NCBI GenBank assembly: GCA_965215885.1 | Contig: CBDCEW010000011.1 | Coordinates: 1 to 14,272, forward strand | Reading direction: 5' to 3' | Origin: Candidatus Moanibacter sp. | GTDB lineage: Bacteria; Verrucomicrobiota; Verrucomicrobiia; Opitutales; UBA2987 | DNA: 14,272 nt | Shown: one piece after another, positions 1 to 8,371 of the stretch | Position numbering within the stretch: the first letter of the stretch is position 1 | How the letters are laid out: every line of letters begins with the position of its first letter | Translations under genes and position numbers: made by a program | Notes under the pieces: generated by a model | Databases searched by the model: none | What the model saw: the letters and a program-made list of their open reading frames with translations, nothing else | Told to the model about the DNA's origin: nothing

Positions 1-171
1 CGCATGGGCGTCCAGATCCTTCTCGATCGCCTCGATGATTTGCGCCGCGAACCCGGCCAATTCTTCAACTTCATCCAGAAAATCACGGAAATCCGTGTCT
101 GGAACCGGCAGAATGAGGTTGCTAAGGGGCGTCTTATCGCTTTTGTTCTCCTCTGTCGCACATGTTGGCAT
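1..171 (-). CDS. 5' part of a CDS running off the left edge; possibly a DDE transposase (IS5/ISNCY-like)
   Basis: Not in the ORF track. Minus strand reads GAAAGGAG-ttaaac-ATG (strong SD, ATG at 171), then 57 open codons MPTCATEENKSDKTPLSNLILPVPDTDFRDFLDEVEELAGFAAQIIEAIEKDLDAHA to the edge. The transposase call rests on remembered resemblance of this N-terminus and the IS-end-like sequence near 316. Confidence 0.5.
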   Translation of the reverse strand, partial: MPTCATEENKSDKTPLSNLILPVPDTDFRDFLDEVEELAGFAAQIIEAIEKDLDAHA

Positions 172-262
172 GTTTAACTCCTTTCTTAATCTTAGGTTGT
201 TAAACACTAGCATGTTGCGACACTTTTTATCAAGCCAAAAAATGATTTTTCTCAAGTTTTTC

Positions 263-289
263 TTGCGCCTTTTGCGCCTCTTTGCGGCC
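263..289. repeat. Short 9-nt tandem repeat (ttgcgcctt ttgcgcctc tttgcggcc)
   Basis: Three imperfect units visible directly. Confidence 0.55.
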
Positions 290-296
290 AATCAGT

Positions 297-316
297 AGCT
301 TTTCGGATAAGGTCTA
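297..316 (-). mobile_element. Putative terminal inverted repeat of the IS carrying the edge CDS
   Basis: Minus strand TAGACCTTATCCGAAAAGCT, 145 bp upstream of the ATG at 171. It resembles IS ends and lies next to a 5'-truncated gene relic. The partner end would be outside the window. Confidence 0.3.
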
Positions 317-395
317 CCTACGCTTACACCATCGTTGACAACGAATTCCAGAACTTTCTTAGTTGCTCAGCCGGTAAAGCTAGTTTTCCAGCTAA

Positions 396-659
396 TGGAC
401 TCTTTTTGCTTTCGAAGGGTTTGATTTTCCCTCAGTCGACGTGGACCAAAGGGCGGTCAGCAGGCACGCGGCAGGTCTGTTGATCAGTCGAGGCCATCGC
501 CGCATCTGTTTTCTCGGCACCACGGAACCGACTGCCGCACTGCTCTTCAAAAGCATCTACCCTTCCGTCGCGAGGTATTCGAGAAATCTCGACCAGATGA
601 TCCATCGACTGGGAAAATCCCGCGCGAGCGCGGTCCTACAGTCGTCAGATCGATGCTGA
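396..659 (+). pseudogene. Relic of a LacI-type substrate-binding (sensor) domain regulator
   Basis: FPSVDVDQRAVSRHAAGLLISRGHRRICFL is a typical LacI/periplasmic-binding-like segment, followed too closely by PTAALL and PSVARYSRN, which look like later motifs. In-frame TAA at 393-395, no HTH domain, 87 sense codons only. Confidence 0.65.
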
Positions 660-798
660 AGAGGCGACAAGATGCTTCTCAGGGAGCGCCGGGACTACGC
701 TCAATTGGGAGACCCGTAGCGGAAAGCGGAAGCTTTTCGATGCCTTTGCAGCAGCGACGAAATGCTCCCGCATTCCGCTACGAACTATGCCCGTCGGG

Positions 799-851
799 TG
801 TAGGAAGGCCGCTTGTCGAAGACCGTGAGCTCTGCCAACGAGCGGCCGAAA
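799..851 (+). repeat. GTAG-type REP-like palindrome (GTAGGAAGGCCGC...GCGGCCGAA), copy 1
   Basis: 48/53 identical to the reverse complement of 3840-3892. GGCCGC/GCGGCC stem. Confidence 0.85.
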
Positions 852-957
852 GGAAGACCAATTTCTTTGGATCGCTCGCAAGCGAGCTTCCTACCCTCAC
901 GGTTAAACGTGTCTGAAGTAGACTCCCCGTCAACGCGCTCTATGTCTGAAATTCAAA

Positions 958-2790
958 TCAATTTGCCAAACTCCTCGCCTCGCGAGCGGCATTGCGAAAT
1001 CCGTTGAGGTTGTCGCGCAGTCGGGAGGGGCGATTGCGAAGGCGCCAAAGGCGGGCAAACTCGAGTGAACACGCGTCGAGATCTGCGGCGTGTCGTCGGA
1101 GACGTCTCGCGGGCACGGACCTACCGCTACGTATTCTCCGCGCCAGGAGGACCCGCTCACAGGCGAGGCGTTCCATTTTCGTCGCGACAACAAACTCCTC
1201 CAAAGCAATCGCGAGAAAGCGATCCGCGGCCGGCTTGGGTTTCGGCCATTTGAGAACCTTCAGATTTCGGACTCGGTCTTCCAACCATTCGTCTCTTATC
1301 TCGACGCCATCGATACGAGGGCGTGACCGCGCGAATCCGGTGGCGAGCGATTTCGGTTCCTCCAGACTCTCCATGAGAGCGGCATAGGCCCAATTTCCGC
1401 TCTTATCATCTCCCAAAACGGTAAGGGTATCGGAGAGTCTGCCCGAAGAGTCTCCGAAAACGGCACTGGTGAACCGGCACAGGTGTTTTCTATCTTTGAC
1501 TTTGCCGGTGTTCCAGGAATGGGATGCGCCATGGACCAGGCTGCAGAGGCTTACTCCAAGGAACTGGCGATGGCCACTGTCGCCCCAATCAGTATTCATG
1601 AATCCCTCCGCTCCATGCGCTTCGGCCTCTTCGGCGAACCGAGCGACATTCTGGAGCGCAGTCTGCAAACGTGAGCCATGACTCTGCCAGTTGTTGGTCC
1701 CCGGACAGCAGACGAGAGGGAGCCCAGACTCAGCAATCTCATTGCTACGGGGGATCCGTCGACCCAAGGCGTTGTAATCCCAATTCAGCATGACTATGTC
1801 CTTTGGGATTTCCGGAATGATCTCCGGGTGGTCGAGCACGATGTCGGCCCACATGTTCATTCGTTTGCCGTGTTTCAGGCACAGTTTGCGGATCTTAAGA
1901 ATAAATTCGAGATAGACGCGGCCCGTGCCAGTTCTCTCTGCGCGTCGTCGAGATCTCCCTTTTCCAAGTTCCCACGGCTCATCACCGCAAACGTTGAAAT
2001 CCTCGGAATCAAACAGGGGAAGATAATCGTCATACATATCCTCCAGCAGCTGAATCGAACCGGAGTCGATGGGACAGAGGGTGGTACCGCCGGGATGGCC
2101 GCGAAAACCGGGAAATTCCCCGAGGTGGGAATACTGCGGCAACATGAGGATCTTCTCAAAGTGGCCGAAACTGGTCAGTGACGGCACAAGCCGCATATGG
2201 TGCAACCTGGCGTGCGCCTGAATGGCGAGAATCTCGTCGGGGTTGTAAGGTGAAAAACCCTTCCCTATCTCCGGGTGCCGGCTGAAGGTAAAGACGTTTT
2301 CAATGTAGAGTTGAAGCTCGTTGATCTTCCAACGGGCGAGGAACTCAATAAGGGCCTTCACAGTTCCTACCTTAGGCACTTTTCCCCGCGAGCAGTCATG
2401 GTAGACTGCCCGTCGACTGAAGACAGGCTCGTCATCGATCTCGCAACAAGCCAGGTTTTTACCTGACTGAATCACAATGTCTCGAAGTGTTTGTACGGCA
2501 TAGTAGGCACCGGCCGAAGTCGACGATTGGACTTCAATGCCTTTTGGACTGATTTTCAGCCTGTATCCCTCGGGATGCACAATGGCGCGGTTTCGCCGCA
2601 CGTTCACATCGGCTGCCGAAGTTCCAACTTTCAATCGTGTCTTGATCCCAATTCGTTCGAGGTCGTTCTTCAACTGCCTCAGCGGCAGGTGGTCCGATCG
2701 ATGAATAGAAGAGAGAACAATCTCATTCGGAATCTCGTACCGAGAGCGGCTACGCCGAATATTGCGAGGAGGTATAAGGAATTCTTTCAT
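958..2790 (-). CDS. Glycoside hydrolase family 20 (beta-N-acetylhexosaminidase-like), 610 aa
   Basis: GH20b segment HPEGYRLKI...GAYYAVQTL, then RRAVYHDCSRGKVP, LVPSLTSFGH, catalytic NVCGDEP, MWAD, WDY, TDWGDSGH. Start moved from 3105 to ATG 2790 (MKEFLIPP, GAAGG upstream), because the extension crosses a palindrome and the SDR relic. No signal peptide. Confidence 0.9.
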   Translation of the reverse strand: MKEFLIPPRNIRRSRSRYEIPNEIVLSSIHRSDHLPLRQLKNDLERIGIKTRLKVGTSAADVNVRRNRAIVHPEGYRLKISPKGIEVQSSTSAGAYYAVQTLRDIVIQSGKNLACCEIDDEPVFSRRAVYHDCSRGKVPKVGTVKALIEFLARWKINELQLYIENVFTFSRHPEIGKGFSPYNPDEILAIQAHARLHHMRLVPSLTSFGHFEKILMLPQYSHLGEFPGFRGHPGGTTLCPIDSGSIQLLEDMYDDYLPLFDSEDFNVCGDEPWELGKGRSRRRAERTGTGRVYLEFILKIRKLCLKHGKRMNMWADIVLDHPEIIPEIPKDIVMLNWDYNALGRRIPRSNEIAESGLPLVCCPGTNNWQSHGSRLQTALQNVARFAEEAEAHGAEGFMNTDWGDSGHRQFLGVSLCSLVHGASHSWNTGKVKDRKHLCRFTSAVFGDSSGRLSDTLTVLGDDKSGNWAYAALMESLEEPKSLATGFARSRPRIDGVEIRDEWLEDRVRNLKVLKWPKPKPAADRFLAIALEEFVVATKMERLACERVLLARRIRSGRSVPARRLRRHAADLDACSLEFARLWRLRNRPSRLRDNLNGFRNAAREARSLAN

Positions 2791-2897
2791 ATTGGCACCT
2801 TCGGTTGATTCTACGGGATTTGTGGTCGTTTCGAAAACAAAGAACACTTTCTGATCTCGCCGATCGGGACGGCAACAACAATAAACTATTATGGAAG

Positions 2898-2987
2898 TTT
2901 CGTAGCCGGTCCGGTCGGCGGAACAAGAACGTGATGCCTTGGTAGCCTGTATCAAATGATCTGAACCGGAAGCGGTCCAGCTACGAA
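2898..2987. repeat. REP doublet-like inverted repeat (GTAG...CTAC)
   Basis: TTTCGTAGCCGGTCC (2898-2912) pairs 13/15 with GGTCCAGCTACGAAA (ending 2987). A third GTAGCCGG occurs near 3012. Confidence 0.6.
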
Positions 2988-3062
2988 AATATCGTGAACT
3001 GTTGGCTAGAGTAGCCGGATTGCCTGCGGTGAGCGACTTTAGACAAGGTAGGATAGAGCACT

Positions 3063-3363
<301 letters not shown>

Positions 3364-3367
<4 letters not shown>

Positions 3368-3768
3368 TCGATCTCAAGATAGGTCCGATCCTTCCATTTT
3401 CCGAAGAGCCGAGCGAACACTTCAACGATCCACATTTGGACTCCGTATTTCGCTTGCAACGCGTTTCGGGCGCGCAGGCACAGCGAAGGATCATCAATAA
3501 TCCTGACCTCGGAATCCTCCCAATCTCCATGGACACGACCTTTCATGTTACATGCGGCGATGCGAACGCGGGAACTGTTTCTGATCCGCTTCACTTTCCA
3601 GGAGTTTTTATTCGTGTAGATGTAGAGTTTCCTTTCGACCTCGGCAAACCACACAGGCGTGGCGATCCCTTCGCCGCTCTTTCGGAACGTCATGAGGCTG
3701 ATGTATTTCTCGCTTCGAAGGGAATTCGAATCGAGTATTGGATCCTGACTAGTGTCTGTGTCGGCCAT
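3364..3768 (-). CDS. PPOX-class (pyridoxamine 5'-phosphate oxidase-like) putative F420-dependent oxidoreductase
   Basis: KYISLMTFRKSGEGIATPVWFA, SWKVKRIRN..VRIAACNMKG and KYG motifs typical of Rv2061-like proteins; 134 aa. Confidence 0.88.
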
Positions 3769-3839
3769 AGTGTGAAATTATCCTAGACTCGAATGGCACA
3801 AAGATAGGGCGCACAAAAGATAAACTCGACCTTTTTCCT

Positions 3840-3892
3840 TTTCGGCCGCCCGTCGACAAAGCTCAGGGTCTTCGACAAGCGGCCTTCCTACA
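3840..3892 (-). repeat. GTAG-type REP-like palindrome, copy 2 (inverted relative to 799-851)
   Basis: 48/53 identity to copy 1. Contains the TCGACAAAGCTCAGGG motif that recurs near 4623-4638. Confidence 0.85.
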
Positions 3893-3986
3893 ACAATTTA
3901 TGAACCTCGAAGGAAGCTCGCTCTTGACACGGCGCAGGCCGGAGACGGTTGCGAGCGATACACGCTCCTGAATCGATAAAAAACAT
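3888..3986 (-). pseudogene. Truncated VapC/PIN-domain toxin remnant (32 codons)
   Basis: Starts 6 nt after the antitoxin stop. MFFIDSGACIARNRLRPAPCQERASFEVHKLL* begins with the PIN N-terminal strand motif (hhhDS/TGA). Its TAG stop is the TAG of the REP's GTAG. Confidence 0.7.
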
Positions 3987-3992
3987 CCATCC

Positions 3993-4226
3993 CTAATGTT
4001 CAAAAATGTATCTATCGTGTTGGAGTGCGCCATCCCTGGGAGCGGCGCCTCGATACACGGCCTTATCCTCAATCAGGAGATCCTTACTCCTCCCGACTCG
4101 CTCTTTTTCCAAATGATCGGCCAAGGCCTCTCGTATGAGCTGAGCAAGGGTCTTGCCTGTCCTTCGCGCAAGGAGTACGGCTGACTGTTTAGGTTCCTCT
4201 GGTAACATGACTGTTGTGCGAATCAT
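3993..4226 (-). CDS. CopG/ribbon-helix-helix antitoxin (VapB-like)
   Basis: MIRTTVMLPEE...LARRTGKTLAQLIREALADHL fits the RHH pattern. The C-terminal HDRYI is typical of VapB partners; 77 aa. Confidence 0.8.
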   Translation of the reverse strand: MIRTTVMLPEEPKQSAVLLARRTGKTLAQLIREALADHLEKERVGRSKDLLIEDKAVYRGAAPRDGALQHDRYIFEH

Positions 4227-4513
4227 ATGAACGCATAACTAAGCAGTCGGCATATATTCTGTCAAAGGCGGACAGACAAAACGTAGTGAATATTTACCTT
4301 GTTCGGAAAATGTCCCCAATCTGAGAAATCTGGCTTGAGTCAGTCCAACCAGTTTGACAAGCGACACGCTTGTCCTACGATCTCGGCAAATATCCATTCC
4401 TCCGCGTTCCCACCGCGGCCGCAGGGCGTGGTGCCTGGAATTCGGCGGAGCCGAGTACGTGTTTAGGGTGATGGCTTATGGTCTTAAAGTTCTTGCAGAT
4501 TTTTTCGTCGTTC

Positions 4514-4710
4514 GGGGTCATGCCCTTAAGAAGTGTCTGTTTTTCCGCTTCGCTGAGGGGGTCAGCCGCCGTCGCCCAAGGGCTATGGCGAGCCAGGGGC
4601 CTTACAAACCGCACTTCGCCCTTCGACAAAGCTCAGGGACTGCGTCAGGCTCCGTGCAATTTGTTAAGGCGGCTGACCCCGAAAAACAGACACTTCTAAG
4701 GCTTGACCCC
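4514..4710. repeat. Long REPIN-like inverted repeat built from GGGGTCA/TGACCCC units, with nested inserts
   Basis: GGGGTCA-tgccctta-AGAAGTGTCTGTTTTTC...GGGGTCAGCCGCC (4514-4570) pairs with GGCGGCTGACCCC-GAAAAACAGACACTTCT-aaggct-TGACCCC (4668-4710). Inner CCTTACAAACCGCAC pairs imperfectly with GTGCAATTTGTTAAGG. Confidence 0.88.
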
Positions 4711-4768
4711 TTGATCCAATATCTAAGCCAATTACCATCACGCTAAACACGTACGGAGCCGAATTCCA

Positions 4769-5800
4769 ATGAAAGCGTCACAGATCGTCGGTCCACGAAA
4801 AGTGGAGATCGTGAAAGTTGCGGAACCCGACATCGATGCCATTCGCAATGTCAAAATCGAGGTTGAGCTATCCTGCATTTGCGGCTCCGATATTCCCTTT
4901 TTCAATATTGATCTGACGGGGATGCAGCATCTGGCACCGGAAGCGAGGGCACTCGAGAGTCGAGTTCTCGAATTTGAACGAGAGGAGATGTATCCACTGA
5001 AACCAGGCCTTTCCCTTCACGAGTGTGTCGGGACCGTCGTTGAGTCTACTTCCGATCGGATCAGAGAAGGCCAGTTTGTCCTGGCAAAACCGGATCTGCA
5101 GATTGGGTATCTGGAGTACTTCTCAGTGCCACATGATCACGTCCTTCCCCTGCCGAGAAATTCCGTCGAAAAGGGCGAGATTCTCATGGCACAACCCTTG
5201 GGGACAGTCATATCGGCTTGCAAGAAGATCGGGAGCGTGATCGGCAAGGATACGGTTGTTATCGGATCGGGGCCGATGGGGCTCTTACTCATGCATATGT
5301 TGGCGAATCTTGGCGCGCGAACCGTGATCGCCCTCGACAAACTCGACTATCGACTGGAAACGGCGACAAGGATGCGTGCGAGCCACACTGTGAACGTTGA
5401 TAGCTGCGCAGCGAGAGAAACGATCGAAGAGATCACGTCCGGTAAGATGGCCGACCTGGTCGTCGAGGCAGTCGGGCATCAGAATGAAACAATCCATGAT
5501 GCGGTTAGTTACGTTAGGGAACACGGCATTATCCTCGCCTTCGGTGCTCCTGATACCATTCTGTTTGACGGGTTCCCGTTCTATGAGATTTTCCGAAAGA
5601 ATATTCAAATGATCACTTCCATCATTACGGAGCCGCTGATTAACTATGCCCAGGCACGTGATCTTATCATTCAGAGGCGTGTCGATGTGTCTCCTCTTTT
5701 AACACACTGTTTTACATTCGACCAATCACAGGCAGCTTATGAGACATTTGCAGACAGACGAGACGGGGTAATCAAGGCGTTGATCAACTTTGAGAGCTGA
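4769..5800 (+). CDS. Zinc-binding medium-chain dehydrogenase/reductase (sorbitol/threonine dehydrogenase-like)
   Basis: CICGSD, LHECVGTV (GHE-like), Rossmann GSGPMG, ADLVVEAVG and C-terminal IKALINF. GGAG SD upstream. The four-Cys structural zinc loop is absent. Confidence 0.9.
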   Translation: MKASQIVGPRKVEIVKVAEPDIDAIRNVKIEVELSCICGSDIPFFNIDLTGMQHLAPEARALESRVLEFEREEMYPLKPGLSLHECVGTVVESTSDRIREGQFVLAKPDLQIGYLEYFSVPHDHVLPLPRNSVEKGEILMAQPLGTVISACKKIGSVIGKDTVVIGSGPMGLLLMHMLANLGARTVIALDKLDYRLETATRMRASHTVNVDSCAARETIEEITSGKMADLVVEAVGHQNETIHDAVSYVREHGIILAFGAPDTILFDGFPFYEIFRKNIQMITSIITEPLINYAQARDLIIQRRVDVSPLLTHCFTFDQSQAAYETFADRRDGVIKALINFES

Positions 5801-5820
5801 GAGAGTGAGTCAATTGGTCC

Positions 5821-5883
5821 CAAAACTCAGTATCATTTTCTTGAGAGGAATCTGTCGGTCCTTAAGTCCGGCAAGTTCCCAGG
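5821..5883 (+). repeat. Second copy of the unit 4/unit 5 junction of the 7732-8372 array, followed by a collapsed unit 5
   Basis: 5821-5860 matches 8250-8289 at 34/40. It is followed directly by TTAAGTCCGGCAAGTTCCCAG, a degenerate form of the unit 5 right end TTAGTCCGACAGACTCCTAG. Confidence 0.75.
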
Positions 5884-5946
5884 GCGGCAGTATCGCCTCA
5901 GCTGTCGACAAACCGCATCTATAGGGGCAAGAAGAAAGGTAACGCT

Positions 5947-6300
5947 ATGAATTGGTATCTGGAGGTGTTGAAGAAGTATACTGTGGTGAGCGGGAGAGCA
6001 CGACGGAAGGAATACTGGATGTTCGTCCTGTTCAACATGATCATCGCAATAGCGATCGGGTTCGTTGAAGGGCTTGTAGGAAGCCCCGGTATCATCGGAA
6101 TGATCTACTGCCTGGCCGTGCTCGTTCCAAGTGTCACCGTTTCTGTGCGGAGACTCCATGACACAGGCCGAAGCGGTTGGTGGGTGCTCGTTGCGTTTGT
6201 TCCGCTGATTGGCGCTATTGTTCTTATCGTGTTCATGATCCAAGACAGCCAGCAGGATGAAAACGAGTATGGCCCTAATCCGAAGTCGGTTACTGCGTAG
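5947..6300 (+). CDS. DUF805 inner membrane protein (YhaH/YhaI family)
   Basis: MNWYLEVLKKY...GRARRKEYWMF, VRRLHDTGRSGWW and NEYGPNPK motifs. GAAAGG SD. Confidence 0.95.
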   Translation: MNWYLEVLKKYTVVSGRARRKEYWMFVLFNMIIAIAIGFVEGLVGSPGIIGMIYCLAVLVPSVTVSVRRLHDTGRSGWWVLVAFVPLIGAIVLIVFMIQDSQQDENEYGPNPKSVTA

Positions 6301-6380
6301 GAGCTGACACCGGCTTTCCGGCAGAGTGGGTTTCCGGTCGGTTGGTTAACGTTTAAAGAATGCTGTAACGGATTTGGTAA

Positions 6381-6462
6381 GAACCCACCCCCGTCCCCTC
6401 CAAGGAGGGGAACTTAATAAACGAGCTCACCAGTGAACTGATCCGCTTGTGGGAGGGGTTAG
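6381..6462. repeat. Intergenic palindromic repeat between convergent genes; may also act as a terminator
   Basis: ACCCACCCC-cg-TCCCCTCC-aa-GGAGGGGA perfect 8-bp stem at 6394-6411, with a degenerate second arm TGTGGGAGGGGTTAG near 6448-6462. Confidence 0.6.
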
Positions 6463-6506
6463 TCCGCTTATTTCGCAGTATGAGCGGACTAAAGCGACGG
6501 GGATCA

Positions 6507-7685
6507 CTACAATACCTTGATCCTGCGCAGAGAAACCAGTGACACCAAACCAGCCCCAAAAAACACACTTCCAGCCACAATAAATGCCTGCTGAAGCGAG
6601 TATACATCCGCCGTCCATCCGATGAATGGGCCCACGATTGAAAAGGCGACACGCCCCATCATATTCGCAACCGATAGTACGGTTGCCCGTCTATCTGACG
6701 TCACGAGACGATTCAGGTAGTTCCTGACAACGGGCCCGTTGATTCCCCGCACATAATAGAAGATGAGGAAAATTGGCATGGCCCAGAGAGAGCGAAAGAA
6801 AGCCAGAAGAAGATATCCAATCAGGACGAGGAATATGAGAGAGATAAGGGTGCGTCTTCGACCGAGATATGCTTCCACTCGATAGGCCAACAGAGAGAAG
6901 ATCCCAACTGAGAAATTCAGGATTGCCCACACGATCCCGAAAAAACTGAGTGGGAGTTCGACCATTTTCAAATAGGGCTGAACGAGCCAAACCATGGTCA
7001 AGGTCGAAGCGGAGACAAAAGCCGAATAAAGAATCAGCCATTTTATTTCGCGATTATCGTGCAGCGCATAGCGCACGATCTCAAGTATTCCGGCGAAACT
7101 GCCACGACTGGATTGAAAGCGCTTCCGGCTCGGCTCGGTCAGACTGAGAGCAAGGGGGATCGCGAAAAAGATGACTGCCGCTTCAACATAGATCGGCGTA
7201 CGCAGACTCACCGTCGCAAGAAATCCTCCCAGGATACCCGCGACACCCTCCGAGACATTTCCCACCGACTGCATTCGCCCTTCCATTTTCTGGTAATCGC
7301 CTTCGCGATTCACCTCGAGTAGGGAATCATAGAGAAGCGCCGAATCTGTTCCGGAAATGAAACTGGCGCCCAACCCGAGGATTAACTCAGCAGCCAGAAA
7401 GGTCCAGAAACCGTGGGCGAGTGCATAAGTGACAAATCCGAAAAAGGCCAATGTCGCTCCGACGACCAGCGAATTCCTTCTCCCGATAACATCTGCATAG
7501 TATCCCGACGGCACTTCCAGCACGATCACCGCAATCGAGAAAACGGCCTGTAAAACCATGATGTCCGTTAGGCTGAGACCGTTCTCTTCGAAAAAGAGCA
7601 CAATGATCGGCATAACGAGCAGAAACCAGCGAAGCCCTACGATCGCATAAAGCTTCCAGAAATTGGACTGAATCGACGCTTTCAT
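6507..7685 (-). CDS. Major facilitator superfamily transporter, 392 aa
   Basis: About 12 hydrophobic segments, EVPSGYYADVIGRR (motif A variant), GTDSALLYDSL, RATVLS. Start placed at ATG 7685 (MKASIQSNF) because the extension to 7781 lies in repeat unit 1. Confidence 0.92.
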   Translation of the reverse strand: MKASIQSNFWKLYAIVGLRWFLLVMPIIVLFFEENGLSLTDIMVLQAVFSIAVIVLEVPSGYYADVIGRRNSLVVGATLAFFGFVTYALAHGFWTFLAAELILGLGASFISGTDSALLYDSLLEVNREGDYQKMEGRMQSVGNVSEGVAGILGGFLATVSLRTPIYVEAAVIFFAIPLALSLTEPSRKRFQSSRGSFAGILEIVRYALHDNREIKWLILYSAFVSASTLTMVWLVQPYLKMVELPLSFFGIVWAILNFSVGIFSLLAYRVEAYLGRRRTLISLIFLVLIGYLLLAFFRSLWAMPIFLIFYYVRGINGPVVRNYLNRLVTSDRRATVLSVANMMGRVAFSIVGPFIGWTADVYSLQQAFIVAGSVFFGAGLVSLVSLRRIKVL

Positions 7686-7735
7686 CACGGATGGGCCAAG
7701 AAAAGGCCGGGATACTGGAAAACGCAAATTGATAG

Positions 7736-7832
7736 CCCGCTTTTCCTGGCCGGCGAGCTCCGCCGGAGGGCAGAGTGTCAAAATGGACGTTTTGTCGTGA
7801 CACTGTTCTCGGAAATCTGTGAGAAAAGCGGG
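7736..7832. mobile_element. MITE-like unit 1 (97 bp)
   Basis: Perfect 10-bp terminal IR CCCGCTTTTC / GAAAAGCGGG. Flanked by ATAG (7732-7735) and CTAG (7833-7836). Confidence 0.7.
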
Positions 7833-7836
7833 CTAG

Positions 7837-8010
7837 CCCGAACATTTCACAAACCATCTGCTGCGACTGCGGATCTCACTGCGCCTCAAAGCCTTCCCTT
7901 GCCCGGCGACCTCAGAGGGTTTCAACACGCTGTCACCCGCCGGACTGCGAAAAGGCCTTGATCCGCAGCAAGCTACGCATTCTCGCTACGATGTGTGTGA
8001 AATGTCCGGG
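7837..8010. mobile_element. MITE-like unit 2 (174 bp)
   Basis: Terminal IR CCCGAACATTTCACA / TGTGAAATGTCCGGG (14/15), CTAG on both sides. Inner pairings CTGCGGATC/GATCCGCAG and CCGGCG/CGCCGG. Confidence 0.85.
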
Positions 8011-8014
8011 CTAG

Positions 8015-8092
8015 TCCCGGCGATCCGGGATCGGACTTTATGCCTCTTTCGAAGGAATTATTTGGTTTAATTCCGATCCCGGCCCGCCGGGA
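8015..8092. mobile_element. MITE-like unit 3 (78 bp)
   Basis: Terminal IR TCCCGGCGATCCGGGATCGGA / TCCGATCCCGGCCCGCCGGGA (19/21). CTAG at 8011-8014 and 8093-8096. Confidence 0.82.
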
Positions 8093-8096
8093 CTAG

Positions 8097-8272
8097 AATC
8101 AAGAAAATGAACCTGAGATTTGTGGGAAGGCGTAAGAGTTGTTGCGCAGCGGCTTCCCTATGGGCCATTTTGGCACGATCACCCTACGCGCGATATTGTT
8201 TCATCATCAGATTTGTATTCGAGTAAAGAATGGATATGACAATATGGATCAAATCTCAGGTTCATTTTCTTT
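8097..8272. mobile_element. MITE-like unit 4 (about 176 bp)
   Basis: Perfect 22-bp IR AAGAAAATGAACCTGAGATTTG (8101-8122) / CAAATCTCAGGTTCATTTTCTT (8250-8271). CTAG on the left, CAAG (8273-8276) on the right. The outermost bases are asymmetric. Confidence 0.75.
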
Positions 8273-8276
8273 CAAG

Positions 8277-8368
8277 GAATCTGTCGGTCACATCTGGGTC
8301 GGAATGTCGAGCTGTCATCTTGAAACATACACTACGGACGTTTTAGGAACACTTAGTCCGACAGACTC
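8277..8368. mobile_element. MITE-like unit 5 (92 bp)
   Basis: Terminal IR GAATCTGTCGGTC / GTCCGACAGACTC (11/13). CTAG at 8369-8372. Confidence 0.7.
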
Positions 8369-8371
8369 CTA

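Noticed and set aside
35..298. 87-aa plus-strand ORF
   Set aside because: It is antisense to the SD-supported minus-strand CDS and includes the 9-nt repeat.
992..2808. Several plus-strand ORFs inside the GH20 gene, and similar shadow ORFs in the MDR, MFS, ddl and collagen genes
   Set aside because: They are antisense or alternate-frame shadows of well-supported CDSs.
4354..4746. ORFs 4354-4746, 4375-4629 and 4478-4699
   Set aside because: They are translations of the palindromic repeat with no recognisable motifs.
7686..7781. N-terminal extension of the MFS ORF
   Set aside because: It runs into repeat unit 1; the family-like sequence begins at MKASIQSNF.
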